Program-made: the position numbers and the translations under genes | Source: Takakia lepidozioides | Taxonomy: Eukaryota > Plantae > Bryophyta | NCBI GenBank assembly: GCA_030704615.1 | Contig: CM060731.1 | Coordinates: 95,046,001-95,110,000 of the forward strand | DNA: 64,000 bases | Direction: 5' to 3' | Part shown: piece by piece, positions 1-11,600 of the stretch | Position numbering within the stretch: the stretch's first letter is position 1 | How the letters are laid out: every line of letters starts with the position of its first letter | The notes under the pieces: generated by a model | Told to the model about the DNA's origin: nothing | Database searches by the model: none | The model's input: the letters and a program-made list of their open reading frames with translations, nothing else

Positions 1-503
1 CGACCGGTGACTGGGTAGGAGCAACAGCAGTCGCAGGACCTTGAACAAAGTCGTCGTCCGAGTCACTCTCTTGGGTCCCCTCCTGCGCCTCCTCCGTTGC
101 CCCGATGGTTTTCTTCTTTTTGGGTGTTACTGCACTCACATGTTTCCTTGTCCTTTTCCTTTGGCCTTTACTCTTCTCATGCAATTTCTCCTGAATTCCT
201 GCCTGAGCAAGCTCTGCCGCTTTCCTGGAGTTCGCAAGCGCTTTTGCCTCTTTTGCACCCAACGGAGGCAGCGGAGCCCGGTTTCGTCGGAATTCAGCAT
301 CCAGCTTCAATTGAAACTCGGATGGGTCGAGCGAGCCGGGCGGAAGGTCCACATACCAAGGGCAATCACGCAAATGTTCCAGATGCCACTCCTTCACAAT
401 ATCGTCAGTGTACATGGAGTCAGCCCCAGGGTTCCTCCATGCCAGGAAGAATGGTGGCTCGAAAGACAGATGACCTTTCTCCAAAAGGGAGAACTTGCAG
501 TAC
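1..503 (-). pseudogene. Exon-6 fragment of the B' MTase gene
   Basis: On the minus strand, acceptor aatgcAG|gtactgc, then YCKFSLLEKGHLSFEPPFFLAWRNPG..., homologous to 32461 onward. Confidence 0.85.
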
Positions 504-518
504 CTGCATTCATGAAAA

Positions 519-1373
519 ACACAATGAGGTCCCTGAAATGCATATTCGGCACCATTTTCCCAAGTTGGGGCGGATGTGAGTGGGCCTAGAAATGGAAAAA
601 TGGCGCCGAATTTCGGTTTTCGGTTACTGCCACCCTAGGGACTTAGCCATCTTGAGAGCCCTGAACTGGAAATTCGGCGCCATTTTTCCCGGTTTGGCCC
701 GAAGATGGCTAAGTCCCAGAACGGCAATAGGGCCTAGAACTGGAAAAATGGCGCCGAATTTCCAGTTCAGGGCCAGCCACCCTAGGGACTTAGCCCGAAA
801 ATGGCTAAGTCCCTGAACGGCAATAGGGCCTAGAACTGGAAAATGGCGCCGAATTTCCAGTTCCGGGCCAGCCACCCTAGGGATCTAGCCCGAAAATGGC
901 CAAGTCCCTGAACGGCAATAGGGCCTACAACTGGAAAATGGCGCCGAATTTCCACTTCGGGGCCAGCCACCCTAGGGACTTACCCCGAAAATGGCTAAGT
1001 CCCTGAACGGCACTAGGGCATGGAACTAGAAAATGGCGCTGAATTTCCAGTTCAGGGCCAGCCAGTCTAGTGACTTAGCCCGAAAATGGCTAAGTCCCTG
1101 AACGGCAATAGGGCCTACAACTGGAAAATGGCGCCGAATTTCCACTTCTGGGCCAGCCACCCTAGGGACTTAGCCCGAAAATGGCCAAGTCCCTGAACGG
1201 CAATAGGGCCTGGAACTGGAAAATGGCGCCGAATTTCCAGTTCAGGGCCAGCCAGTCTAGGGACTTAGCCCGAAAATGGCTAAGTCCCTGAACGGCAATA
1301 GAGCCTAGAACTGGAAAATGGCGCCAAATTTCCAGTTCCGGGTCAGCCAGTCTAGGGACTTAGCCCGAAAATG
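519..1373. repeat. Intronic ~95-bp tandem repeat built of two hairpins, carrying the B-type palindrome AAAATGGCGCCGAATTTC
   Basis: Units start at 785, 880, 975, 1070, 1165 and 1260. Arms are GGGACTTAGCC/GGCTAAGTCCC and AACTGGAAA/TTTCCAGTT. The array resumes at 16128-16262. Confidence 0.92.
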
Positions 1374-1480
1374 GAGGTTTACTATTTCATGAGCAGAAAC
1401 CATGAGCCATGAGCCATGAGCCGCATGAGCCGCATGAGCGGTGAGCCGAAGTCTAAGATACGCGGATTTCATGAGCGGAC
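1374..1480 (+). repeat. Left TIR and subterminal CATGAGC(CG) repeats of element A
   Basis: Tandem catgagc/catgagccg copies follow the terminal 21-mer. Confidence 0.88.
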
Positions 1481-2175
1481 TCCTCCAAATTTGGAAATGC
1501 GGCAGATTAAACAAGTATTAAAATAATAGTTTTTTATTTGACCTTGCCGTTTTTGGACGTTCCAGATCATGTAATGCGGCGAAGATATGTCGTCAGTAAC
1601 AAGTCCGCTCATGGTTTTATAGATCCGCTCATGGAAATAAGTGACCGTGCAACGGGAAATCCAGTATACCACTGCAAAAGGACGTCGCATACTGGCCTGT
1701 ATAGAGTATTCCGCGGTTTTACATGCCTTAACATTGGAATGAAGCTGACCCTTTTGCCGCGATTGAACCAATGGAGTCTGCACCAATACAGTATGCAGTA
1801 CTTCACAATTCTGTCTTCTTCGGGTATTCGGCGGGAAAGGTTTGCAACTGAACTGGGAAATAGGGTGCCGCATTAGGGTTCGCACGTGCGAAATTTCGGA
1901 GCGGTTTGGTGTTGGCGAAGGCCGCCTCTGGGGGTACCTACGACGATACTTGGAAATTCGGCGCCACATTTCCTTGTCGGAGGTCGAATGAGGAGAGCAA
2001 GTTTTCGGAAAGCAGAAAAACATGAACCCTCCAACATACAAAAATACATGCACGTGGAAACAAGTGAACGATATAGTAATATCTTAGTTCGATCAAAACA
2101 GGTTACTGGTAGGCAAGACATATGTCGGACCTTTGTGTGGCCAGAGTCTGAGGTACTGGCAGCAGTACAGTTCTA

Positions 2176-5100
2176 CTATCCGATGGGCGTACCATTGTAT
2201 GTGGACCGCAAGCCAAGCTCACTGGTCCCCTGGATCCATATTCAGAAGAGTGTGAACCTCCTGGGGGCTCAACCCTGGTGCATGTATGAAGTGATGAGTT
2301 GTGGAATTACAACGGAGTCTCTTTAGGTACACGTAGTACAAATGCTTGCAAGGGCAGTATGATGCCCCCTTGTTCGCCATGATCTGGAAGTCGGTGCAAT
2401 TGCAGGTGGGTAATTTGAAATGGTGATGGTGTACACCTCATTGCGAACAGCTGAGCCCGCCGTGGCCATCTGATACACACGCCCGAATCCTGGTGGGGGC
2501 ACTTCTGTCGAGCTCTGGATTGTACAGTTCATCCGAAGTGCATTCCCCATCCTTGTCTCGTTCACTTTTGAGGGAGGTCGCCGCCTCTTCGGTTTCCCCC
2601 AACGGTGTGTAGGATGCTTAGAGCTGTCGTGTCCCATTGTTCTTGCTCTCACAGGGGTCGGTGGTGGAGGCTGTGGAAGCGGAAATGGTTGTCTGGGCAC
2701 GTCAGTGCGCTGCACCATCCGAAATCCTGCGGCGGTAAGGGCGTCGGCCTCAACCTGACTCAGATCGCAGCCTGGTTCCACCGGCCACACCGGGGGAGCC
2801 TCTGGCATTGTCTGTATGCCGTACTTGGGCTTTCCATACACGCAAGTCATAATGTCGTGCCTGCAGAACCAGAACTGGGTGGTTGTCGCCTCCGCAAACT
2901 TTGCATGGACAAATCTTCCTGTAAAAGTAGGAGCAGGGACAGCCCCATCTGGATTCCTCCTTATCATCTCTAAACAACGTTGCCGTGTATCCACACGAAT
3001 TGCGGAACACCTTCCTCGAAACGACGGCTTTGTGCGAGCAATTCTCCACTGTGAGGCAGACACAGTCGTCTCCACAATGGCTTGGCCATACTGCATAACA
3101 GCGGGCGGAATGTGGGGCAAGGGAGCGGTGGGAATTTGTTGCACGAAATCCCCGGTTGAAGGCGACGGCGATCTGGAATTTCTTGGGCTTCCACTGCTGG
3201 AAGACACATTGTGCGGCAACATGACGGGACCTCGAGGTGCTGTCCGAATGTTCCTGTCGGATCTCCAGGAATCCTCTTCGCACCCGGGTTCCTCTTCAAT
3301 CCTCCGCCTGACAGGGCGAGTCCGGACGTCCCCCTCTAGGTGTTCACCTCTGCGGTGCAGAGGCGTCCCTTTGATCTTCTCTCGCAATGCTGTCGCCCAT
3401 TTCACTGGATTCTTGGACCTCGAAGCTGTTCGTACCAACAATTCCTCCCTGTCCGGCCCAAAGCCCCATTGTTTGCCGCTCAGGAACTTGTAGTACGTGG
3501 CTTGCTGCATGATTGCTCTGTCGATGTCCTCCGTTGTGGCCGTCACTACGTCCACCAGATGTGCGGCAGAAGACGCTCGCCAGGAGGAGTGGACCGATTC
3601 TGCCATATTCGTGTTCGGCATGTCCGTGTCGGAATCCAAGCACCGCTCCTAGAAGGACACAAACAACGGTGAGGGACCAATCGAAATGTCCGTAACAGAA
3701 AGACAAATGAACGAAAATGACAGCAGCCTACCTCCCGCATGTACTGTCCGAACTGTCGATACCGAAAATGCCACCACCCCAACCAGCTGTGCAATGCTCC
3801 CAGATTGGTTGTCTCCACTGCACCTGACGTGTTCCACCAAGCCTCGATGATAGCAAACTTAACCTCCGCGTCATCAAATGTGGGTGCATCCTTCCACGCC
3901 GTACAAAGGACACGGTGTTCAGCCTGGAATGAGCTAGCAACAAATTTGGTAGTGTAGTGGGATAGACTCTGCATCCAATGGAATCCACAGGATCTCTCTT
4001 TCCCCTCCATTGGAACATTGGGGTCCTCACCGTACACACGCCGCACCGCTGCCCAGTTGGCCTGAGCGTTGTCTGCCATGAATCCCCTGAAATTGGGCTC
4101 TGGCAATCCCGCCCTTGCCATCTGCTGGTTTATGCCCTCCCACAGATGCATCTCGGACTGTGTGTCCTCCCCTTTCATCTCGCAGATTGCAATCGTCATG
4201 AGCCTCTTGGAGTGATAGTCATAAACATGCGCACCCATAGTCACCCACTGATGGTTTGTAATTCGCTTGATGTGATCAAACATCACCCAAGCATTCGACA
4301 AGTTTCCAGTTGTCATGCGAGTGACCAAGTCGACTCCACTCCCAGGCCCACACGTCGACATTTTGAAAATGTAACAACGATCGGATTCGCTGCCTTGCCC
4401 TGGAAACCTGCTACCTTGGATGTAGTCATATCCAGTCATTCGTTTCACCTCCAGGATTGAGTACATGTCCGACCCCCTGCCGAACTCCTGCTTGCAAGAT
4501 ACGATGTGATTCCGCACATTCGGACTACAAACGTGCGAGACGGACTCCAAGAGGTCACGCATCTCGTCTTCGGTCAAGGGCTCTCGGTCGGAACCATCTT
4601 CAGACATGATTTTGCCAAGAGCAATCTTGTGGGCTGCCTTCAGCTGAATCTGCTTTGGTCTGGCTCCGGGGCTCAATTTCACCTCCTCTTTTATGATGTC
4701 GTGTGCTTCCTGCACAGCCTCACGCATGTTGCCTCTCGCCAAGGGGTGGCAGTGGACCCCAACGTGTATGCAAGCTCTAGTCAAGTCCGGGAGCAAATGG
4801 ATAACGTAATATTGCTTGGCTCTGCACATGGACATGCACGTCGGTGGTTCTTTGCAATGTGCACACTTGAAAGAACCCGCAGGAGCTTGGCTGAGACAAT
4901 GAATGGATGATGCGTTGTGCCAGTCCAATCCGTCTCGTTTCTCCGCCCTCCTTTGGAGAGAAAGTGGAAGCAGGTGGGATTGAGGCACCTCAGCTTCCCC
5001 GCACAGAGGACATATCGTACACGAACACCATCAGCAATTTTCGTGCTACTGGTCTTCGTCACACACCAGGGGTGTCCGTCATGCTTTCGATCCATGTCTG

Positions 5101-5824
5101 TTAACATCCCCGAGGCTTTCTTTGACGAAGAAACAGGTGGAAACTCGAAGATGACATTGCCATCGACTTCGGGAGGCAGAAAAGTTACCTTTCTGACTGG
5201 GAATTTGGCATAGTCGAGAGCAGCCAGCTCGGAGCGAGAACCATCGAGGTGATGTTGTCGTAGGAGCTGCACAATGGACCGGGTTGGAGTTATGCTCGAG
5301 GGCACATGCGTAGCACCTACAGAGACGTCCATGCCGGATTTGAACGACCGTGTGGAGGACATGGGTACCTCAATGCAATCATCTTCCTCGTCGGAAATGT
5401 CGAATACGTCCACACGAGAAGCTATGGAGGGTCTTGACGGTCCAGGTCGGGAATGATTATCGTTGCATACCTCTCTGTTGGCAGTGGCCGCCTCTCGGTT
5501 TCCGGACTCCTTTGTGGATGGTGTGGGCAGCGACTGATTCGGAAAGGGAATGGGCATTCCCACAGCTCGGTACAGGATGGTGTCTGACGGGGGAACGTGC
5601 CATTCGATTCCGCAACCTCCGTCGTTACCTAGCACGACAATGGTCTCGTCAACCTGTCCAGGAACATCCTTCCTTTCTTCTTCCAAATAAACTGTGCCCG
5701 GTTTGAGCTTGAATTTGGAACAAAGGTAAGTTTCAGTCACTCTGCAAAGTCCTCCCTCGTTTGGGATCCAGGCTCTCCCAAGTTGCGGAGGACAGCAAAC
5801 TATAGCGTAGGAATTCGGAGCCAT
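2176..5824 (-). CDS. MULE transposase (GCM-like domain, DDE core, extra Cys cluster, SWIM); two exons, two 1-bp frameshifts
   Basis: ATG at 5824. GCM-like HPWCVTKT..CAGKLRCLNPTC..CAHC..C..HVGVHCHP; DDE residues in VMFDH, FMADNA, CGFH and TNMAES; SWIM CNCTDF..PCKH. Intron 3731-3649 is GT-AG. Frameshifts at ~4890 and ~2409; stop at 2176. Confidence 0.9.
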
Positions 5825-6253
5825 CGAACACCGCACGGAGTTGGCAAGTGCGAGGTTCAGTATAGCGACAGACCAAGGCTCACAGGCACCATCTAAGTGG
5901 ATCTGCGGAGTCCATCGACAATTGGAAGTCGCACATTGAAGTGGAAAGTATTGTTTCAAGCTACATGCATGAAGGTGGGAGGTTTGATTCCATAGCCAGT
6001 GAGTAGGACAATGATGGCCGATTCGGCGACGAAATAACATCTCCTGACAGTTTCTCCTGAGGGTGGATCCAGCAGTATTCTCGGTGCAGACAGGAACGTT
6101 CGCACTGACAAGTGCCAGGACTGCTGGTTAAAACGGTCAGACAACCAAGTTGTGCTCATCAAGACTGGCCGCAATTGTGTTGTTTCGGAACAATGCAACC
6201 CATTGAGGTTCCAGATTTCCCGTCACGAGTGATTCTGTCGATTGCTGGTGGAC

Positions 6254-8064
6254 GGAAATACGGCGCCGCATTTCCGTATTGCATCTTGGTCATGCAACAG
6301 AGCGACGGAAATGCGGCACCGAGTTTCCGTCCGGGGGAAACCTTTATACTCTCCAGAACGGAAATGCGGTAACGCATTTCCATCCAGCAAGCACGGTATG
6401 TGAAGGTGGAACGGAAATGCGGTACCGCATTTCCGTTCTGATTGAGATTTATGAACAACGGGAACAGAAATGCGGCACCGCATTTCCGTCCGAGTCGCAC
6501 TTTTCGACATTCCAGAACGGGAATGCGGTGCCGCATTTCCATTTTGTATCTGATGCATGGAGCTGAGGGATAGAAATGCTGCAGCACATTTCCGTCCTTA
6601 AAAGACATTCATACTCTCGAGAACGGAAATGCGGTACCGCATTTTCATTCAACAAGCACGGTATGTGAAGGTGGAACGGAAATGCGGTACCGCATTTCCG
6701 TTCTGATTGAGAATTATGAACAACGGGAACAGAAATGCGGCACCGCATTTCCGTCAAAGTCGCACTTTTCGACATTCCATAAAGGAAATGCGGCGCCGCA
6801 TTTCCATTTTGTATCTGATGCCTGGAGCCGAGTAAGATTCCGACAGCTTCATACAGCGCAATTCCGACCGGTTGAGACATTCACACTATCCAGAACGGAA
6901 ATGCGGCACCGCATTTCCGTTCTGACTGAAAATCGTGAACTATCTGAACTGAAATGCGGCACCGTATTTCCATCCGAGTCGCACCTACCATCATTCCAGA
7001 ACGGAAATGCGGCACCGCATTTCCGTTCTGACTGAAAATCGTGAACCATCGGAACTGAAATTGCGGCAACGTATTTCCATCCGAGTCGCACCTACCATCA
7101 GGCCAGAACGGAAATGCGGCACCGCATTTCCGTTCTGACTGAAAATCGTGAACCATCGGAACTGAATTGCGGCAACGCATTTCCATCCGAGTCGCACCTC
7201 CCAACATTCCAGAACGGAATGTATTAGATTTAAAAGGGAAATGCGGCACCGCATTTCCGTTCTGATGAAATATCCTGAAACATCGGAATTGAAATGCGGT
7301 ACCGCATTTCCGTCGGAGTCCCACCATCCGACATTCCAAAACGGAAATGCGGCACCGCATTTCCGTTTTGTATGTGAGGCATGGAGCTGTGGAACGAAAA
7401 TGCGGGAAGGCATTTCCGCCAGCGTCAGACGTTAATACTCTACAGAACGGAAATGCGGTACCGCATTTCCATTCTGACTGAAAATCGTGCGCAACGGGTA
7501 CAGAAATGCGGCACCGCATTTCCGTTCGAGTCGCACCTTCCGACATTCTCGAACGGAAATGCGGCGCCGCATTTCCGTTTTGTATATTCGGCCTGGAGCT
7601 GTGCTACGGAAATGTGTTGCCGCATTTCCATCCATGTGAGACCTTCAACCTTTCCAGACCGGAAATGCGACACCGCATTTCTGTCCAGGTGAGACCTCTA
7701 TACTTTCCCGAACGGAAATGTGGCACGGCATTTCCATTCATCAACTAACGTATGTGAAGTGGGAACGGAAATGCGGCGCCGCATTTCCCTTCTGAATCTC
7801 ATACTTGGAGCTGTGGGACGGAAATGCGGCGCCGCATTTCCCTTCTGAATCTCATACTTGGAGCTGTGGGACGGAAATGCGGCACCGTATTTCCGTTCAA
7901 CAACTAAGGTATGTGAAGGTGGAACGGAAATGCGGTGCCGCATTTTCTTCCAACAAGTACGGATGTGTAGCAGAGTGATCGTACTTAACGGAAATGCGGC
8001 GCCGCATTCGCATTCTCGCTCCAACTCATCAGACGCTGGGACGGAAATGCCTTGAAATGTGAAC
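6254..8064. repeat. Array of ~30 palindromes GGAAATGCGGYRCCGCATTTCC at 53-bp period
   Basis: Sites at 6254, 6307, 6360, 6413, 6466, 6519, 6572, 6625, 6678, 6731, 6784, and again every 53 bp from 7449 to 7926. The ~31-bp spacers vary and partly recur. Confidence 0.95.
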
Positions 8065-8626
8065 ACGTGGAGCAACGGAATTGCTGCACATGTCGGCACT
8101 CTATCTGACTGAAGGGGCATGAGGCGGCGCGGCCTGACCGTTGGATAATGATGTTTGATTTTCGGACGGCGGGCGTACCCTCAACGATTCGAATTTCGTA
8201 ATGACGCAAACTCCACGAGGAGACACTTTCGTCCAACCTTTCGAACCCAAGTGGTGCATCACCGCCGTTTCATCTACTTTTGTCGTGTCTCCTCAGTCAC
8301 CCCTCTCGCGCCCTTTCCATCTGCACTCTTTGCCCCTTTTCCCTCTCTCTGTTCTTCTTATGCTCGAACCTGAGAGGGGGGAGTTCGTGCACCAGACAGG
8401 AGACCTCGTCGCAAGCTCCGGAAATTATACTTCGGACGTAGGCCAATGCCGAAGGGGAGGAAGCAGATGCGTCTACAGGAGGAGATTGCCATCTCCGAGC
8501 AGCAGGCCACTCAGGCAACCCAGCCACCAGTGAGAGCTCCATGCGATCGGGCTGCGCGCAGCTGATCGAGCACCGAACCCCCCATTTTGCTTCTGTAATT
8601 CTTAGACTGAATGCTAGGAGACTTGA

Positions 8627-11600
8627 ATGCAGAACATGTTTGCATGCCTAACAGGAAAGGTGGACGTGCTGGAGGGATCGCAGGAATCCGAAGAGCCGCA
8701 GGAAGAGTCCGAGGAGCTAGCTGCAGCACGTACACCCACCCGATCCCCGAGCGCGGGTACTCCTGCCGGGCCTAGCCCTCTGCGATTCAAAGACGCGTCT
8801 TCGAAGGGCAAGTTCAAAGTCTCAGAGATCGACTCGCGTTCTTCGATCATGGAGAATCGCCAGCAGGGGTCGGGCCCTTCTCCAGCAAAGTCGAAGAAGA
8901 AGCAGCCCGTCCCTCTACTGGCTTCTGAACCGGCTCAGGCCGATTCACCCCCCCCAACGCGAATGAAGCAGCAGGGTAGAAGACAGATTCTATTGCAGCA
9001 GACACCTTCACCTGCAAGGATGAGGAAGCAGAAGGCAATCAGGGCGACGGCCGAACAATCTCCCGCAAAACCGCTTCCACGAGCTGAAGCTCAGTTCCTG
9101 GAGGATTTCCCGCCTGCAGATGTTGGGGCCGACTCTGCTGCAGCGAAGGCAATGGGATCGACCGTTGATCTCGATTTGGTACCGGAGGAGGGTGCTGCCG
9201 CTGAACGTTCGCAGGCAGACCTCACCACCGATGAGCTAGCAGGCCCGGAGGAGGCCTCTGCAGTGGCAGAATTGCCCGCACACAGGCCCCAGAGTGCAGC
9301 TCCAGTTGAGGATGCTCCACCTGCTCAGCCACTACCTGCACCTACAGACATGTCTCCGGAGGATTTCAAAAGTGCAGCGGATAAAATGTTGGAGGAGACA
9401 CACAGTAGCATTGGCAGAGTTCTGGGCAGCAGGGTATTCCAGCGGACTCTTCGAATCCCACTCTGTCGCATGGTCTCCCTTCCCATCGTCAGGCAGGCCC
9501 TTCCCGGAGATGTGGATAAGCTCAAGTTCGCATTTCGAGAAGGGTACCGTCTGGGATCGGCAGCGTTTTACGTTTCCATAGAGAATGAGGACGGCGAAAC
9601 CCGTGGACCCACTGCCGATGAATTGTCAACGTGGGATACCCACTGGCACACTCGCAACCACGAATTCGAGGCGACGCTGAAGGGTGATCCCGACTTCGGC
9701 CATATGTCGGGAAAAATGTTCTTTGTGTGGGACGGGAATCACCGACTTCTCGCCTGGTGGGAGTACATCAAGCAGAACCATGCCAAGCACATTGGCTGGC
9801 ATTACATGGTGGAGTGTGTCATCCTCAAGGTGAAGGCGGCAGACTCCTCCCTCCTCAAGAATGCCATGGCGGACCTCAACTCGTAAGATACTCATACCCT
9901 CCCTAGCACATTCGAAATGCGGTGCCGCATTTCGGTTTCCATTCTGGTTTGATTCCGTGCTTCCGTGTACTGAACTGGAGAGTGTGCCTTGCAGGGTCAC
10001 TGAGAATGCGTACGTGCATACCCACATGGCACATATGCTGTACAGGGTGAGGAAAACTGGTCTTACTGATCCGCAGATGTTTGCGGAAATGCTGGAGCCG
10101 GAGCTCATTCAGAAAGCCGTTGCAAAAACAGACCGGACATGGTATCGTCTCACTATGGATGGAATGGTGGAGGTGATATACGAAGTAAGTCGTGCTCCAA
10201 TTTCCCTCTGCTCATCCTTCCCCAATTTCCAGTAATGTTTCCACATGAATCGAATGTAACGCTTCTGCATGTTTTTGTTGGCAGTCAAACATCAAGCTGG
10301 ATTTGGCCCATGCCAAACGCTTCTTCATGGAAAGTGAGGGGCAGGTCAAAACGTTGCAGTCATTGACTGAGCACTTGAAGGAAGCCGGTGTCAAGTCCAG
10401 AACCAAATACAAGTCAAAGCTTGTGAAGCTGGTGGCAATTGCAGATCCGGCACTTGGAAAGGACTTCATCCCCGAGATTGCAAAACACTATTCTCGGGCC
10501 ATGCAGCCGACCATGCAATTGGAGAAACTGCATCACCTCTCAACGGCATGTGTGGAGGCGAAAGAGAAGGTGAGGTTTCAATGCACTGAATTTCCTTCCT
10601 AGCAATAGCCACTCTCTTCCAGCCACTGACATTGGATCGGAAATGGCAGACACGGTGGCTGTCGATCTGGAATGCATCCGAGAGCATAAGGACAATGTGG
10701 TCTTTTCCACTGGAAGTTTCCGACCCTGCAGTGGATGTGTGGCTCAACCGCATGACTTGGTGGTTCCAGGTAATTCAAGGTACTTCCCCAGATTTGCTTT
10801 TCTGACATGAATTCCCTGAACTGCTACGTGACAATGCATTTGGGAATGGCAGGTAATGTCGAATGCAAAGGAGCAAGTCGTAATGCACACAAATTCGTTC
10901 GGCTTGTACGTCAAATGGGATGGAACACAGACATTGGAAGACTACGTGACACGTTTCAGATGTGCGTACAAGGACAACCTTTTCGCCAGAGAGCTACAGA
11001 CAGCAAGAAGGAGCGTGGAGTTTACACATCAGGAGGGAGCGGGGAAAGCTGCAATGCGAATTGTTTACAGGTGAAGCACAGCTGCCCTTGTATGCGAAGC
11101 CTGGTTACGAGGTTTGTCTCGGAAATGCGGCACCGCATTCGCATTTTATGTTTTCGGTGGCACTCTGCCAGTAGGTTGGTCTCAAGTTTTGCTCACGCAT
11201 GCTGACTGCCTTGCAGGTATATGAAATACGTGCTCCTTCAGACAGGGGCCCTGGCTCAAGAGCCCCCGTTCTTCATGGCTTGGACCGTGGCGGGCCCAAG
11301 CTGTGTCTACACACCCGAGATGCAGAAACAATGGCATCCCGCGCATCTCGTTGGATGCCCGTGGTACCTGGACATGTCTGGCGGTATTGTTGACGAGTCT
11401 GAGAAAGATCTGCACGCCTTGGCAGAAGAGAAGAGAAAGGAAAGACGTGTCCCTGCTGGGCCAAAGTCGGCAAAGGAATCTGCTGCTCTGGAAGAATCCA
11501 GAAAGGCAGCTGAGATGGCACAAAAGACGGTGGATGCAGCTGTGCAGGCCCAACAGAAGGGGTCGAAGAAGAGGACTCGCCAGCAAGGAGCAGCTGTTGT

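Larger units (their letters stand above)
1..1373 (-). mobile_element. Left part of a second copy (B') of MULE subfamily B, interrupted by element A
   Basis: 1-589 is a near-identical reverse complement of ~32435-32960 in element B (compare ORFs 41..589 and 32435..32923). It continues after element A at 16128. Confidence 0.9.

Noticed and set aside
1538-1876. Small subterminal ORF in element A
   Set aside because: It has a non-ATG start, no recognisable motif and no counterpart in B.
6254-8064. CRISPR array (22-bp palindromic repeat with ~31-bp spacers)
   Set aside because: Spacers recur as higher-order duplications, the repeats are degenerate and also scattered in introns, no cas genes are present, and the context is a eukaryotic transposon.
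6112-8120. Many overlapping ORFs (EMRHRIS / GNAAPHF / KCGTAFP)
   Set aside because: They are translation artefacts of the palindromic repeat on both strands. The same applies to 13795-14564.
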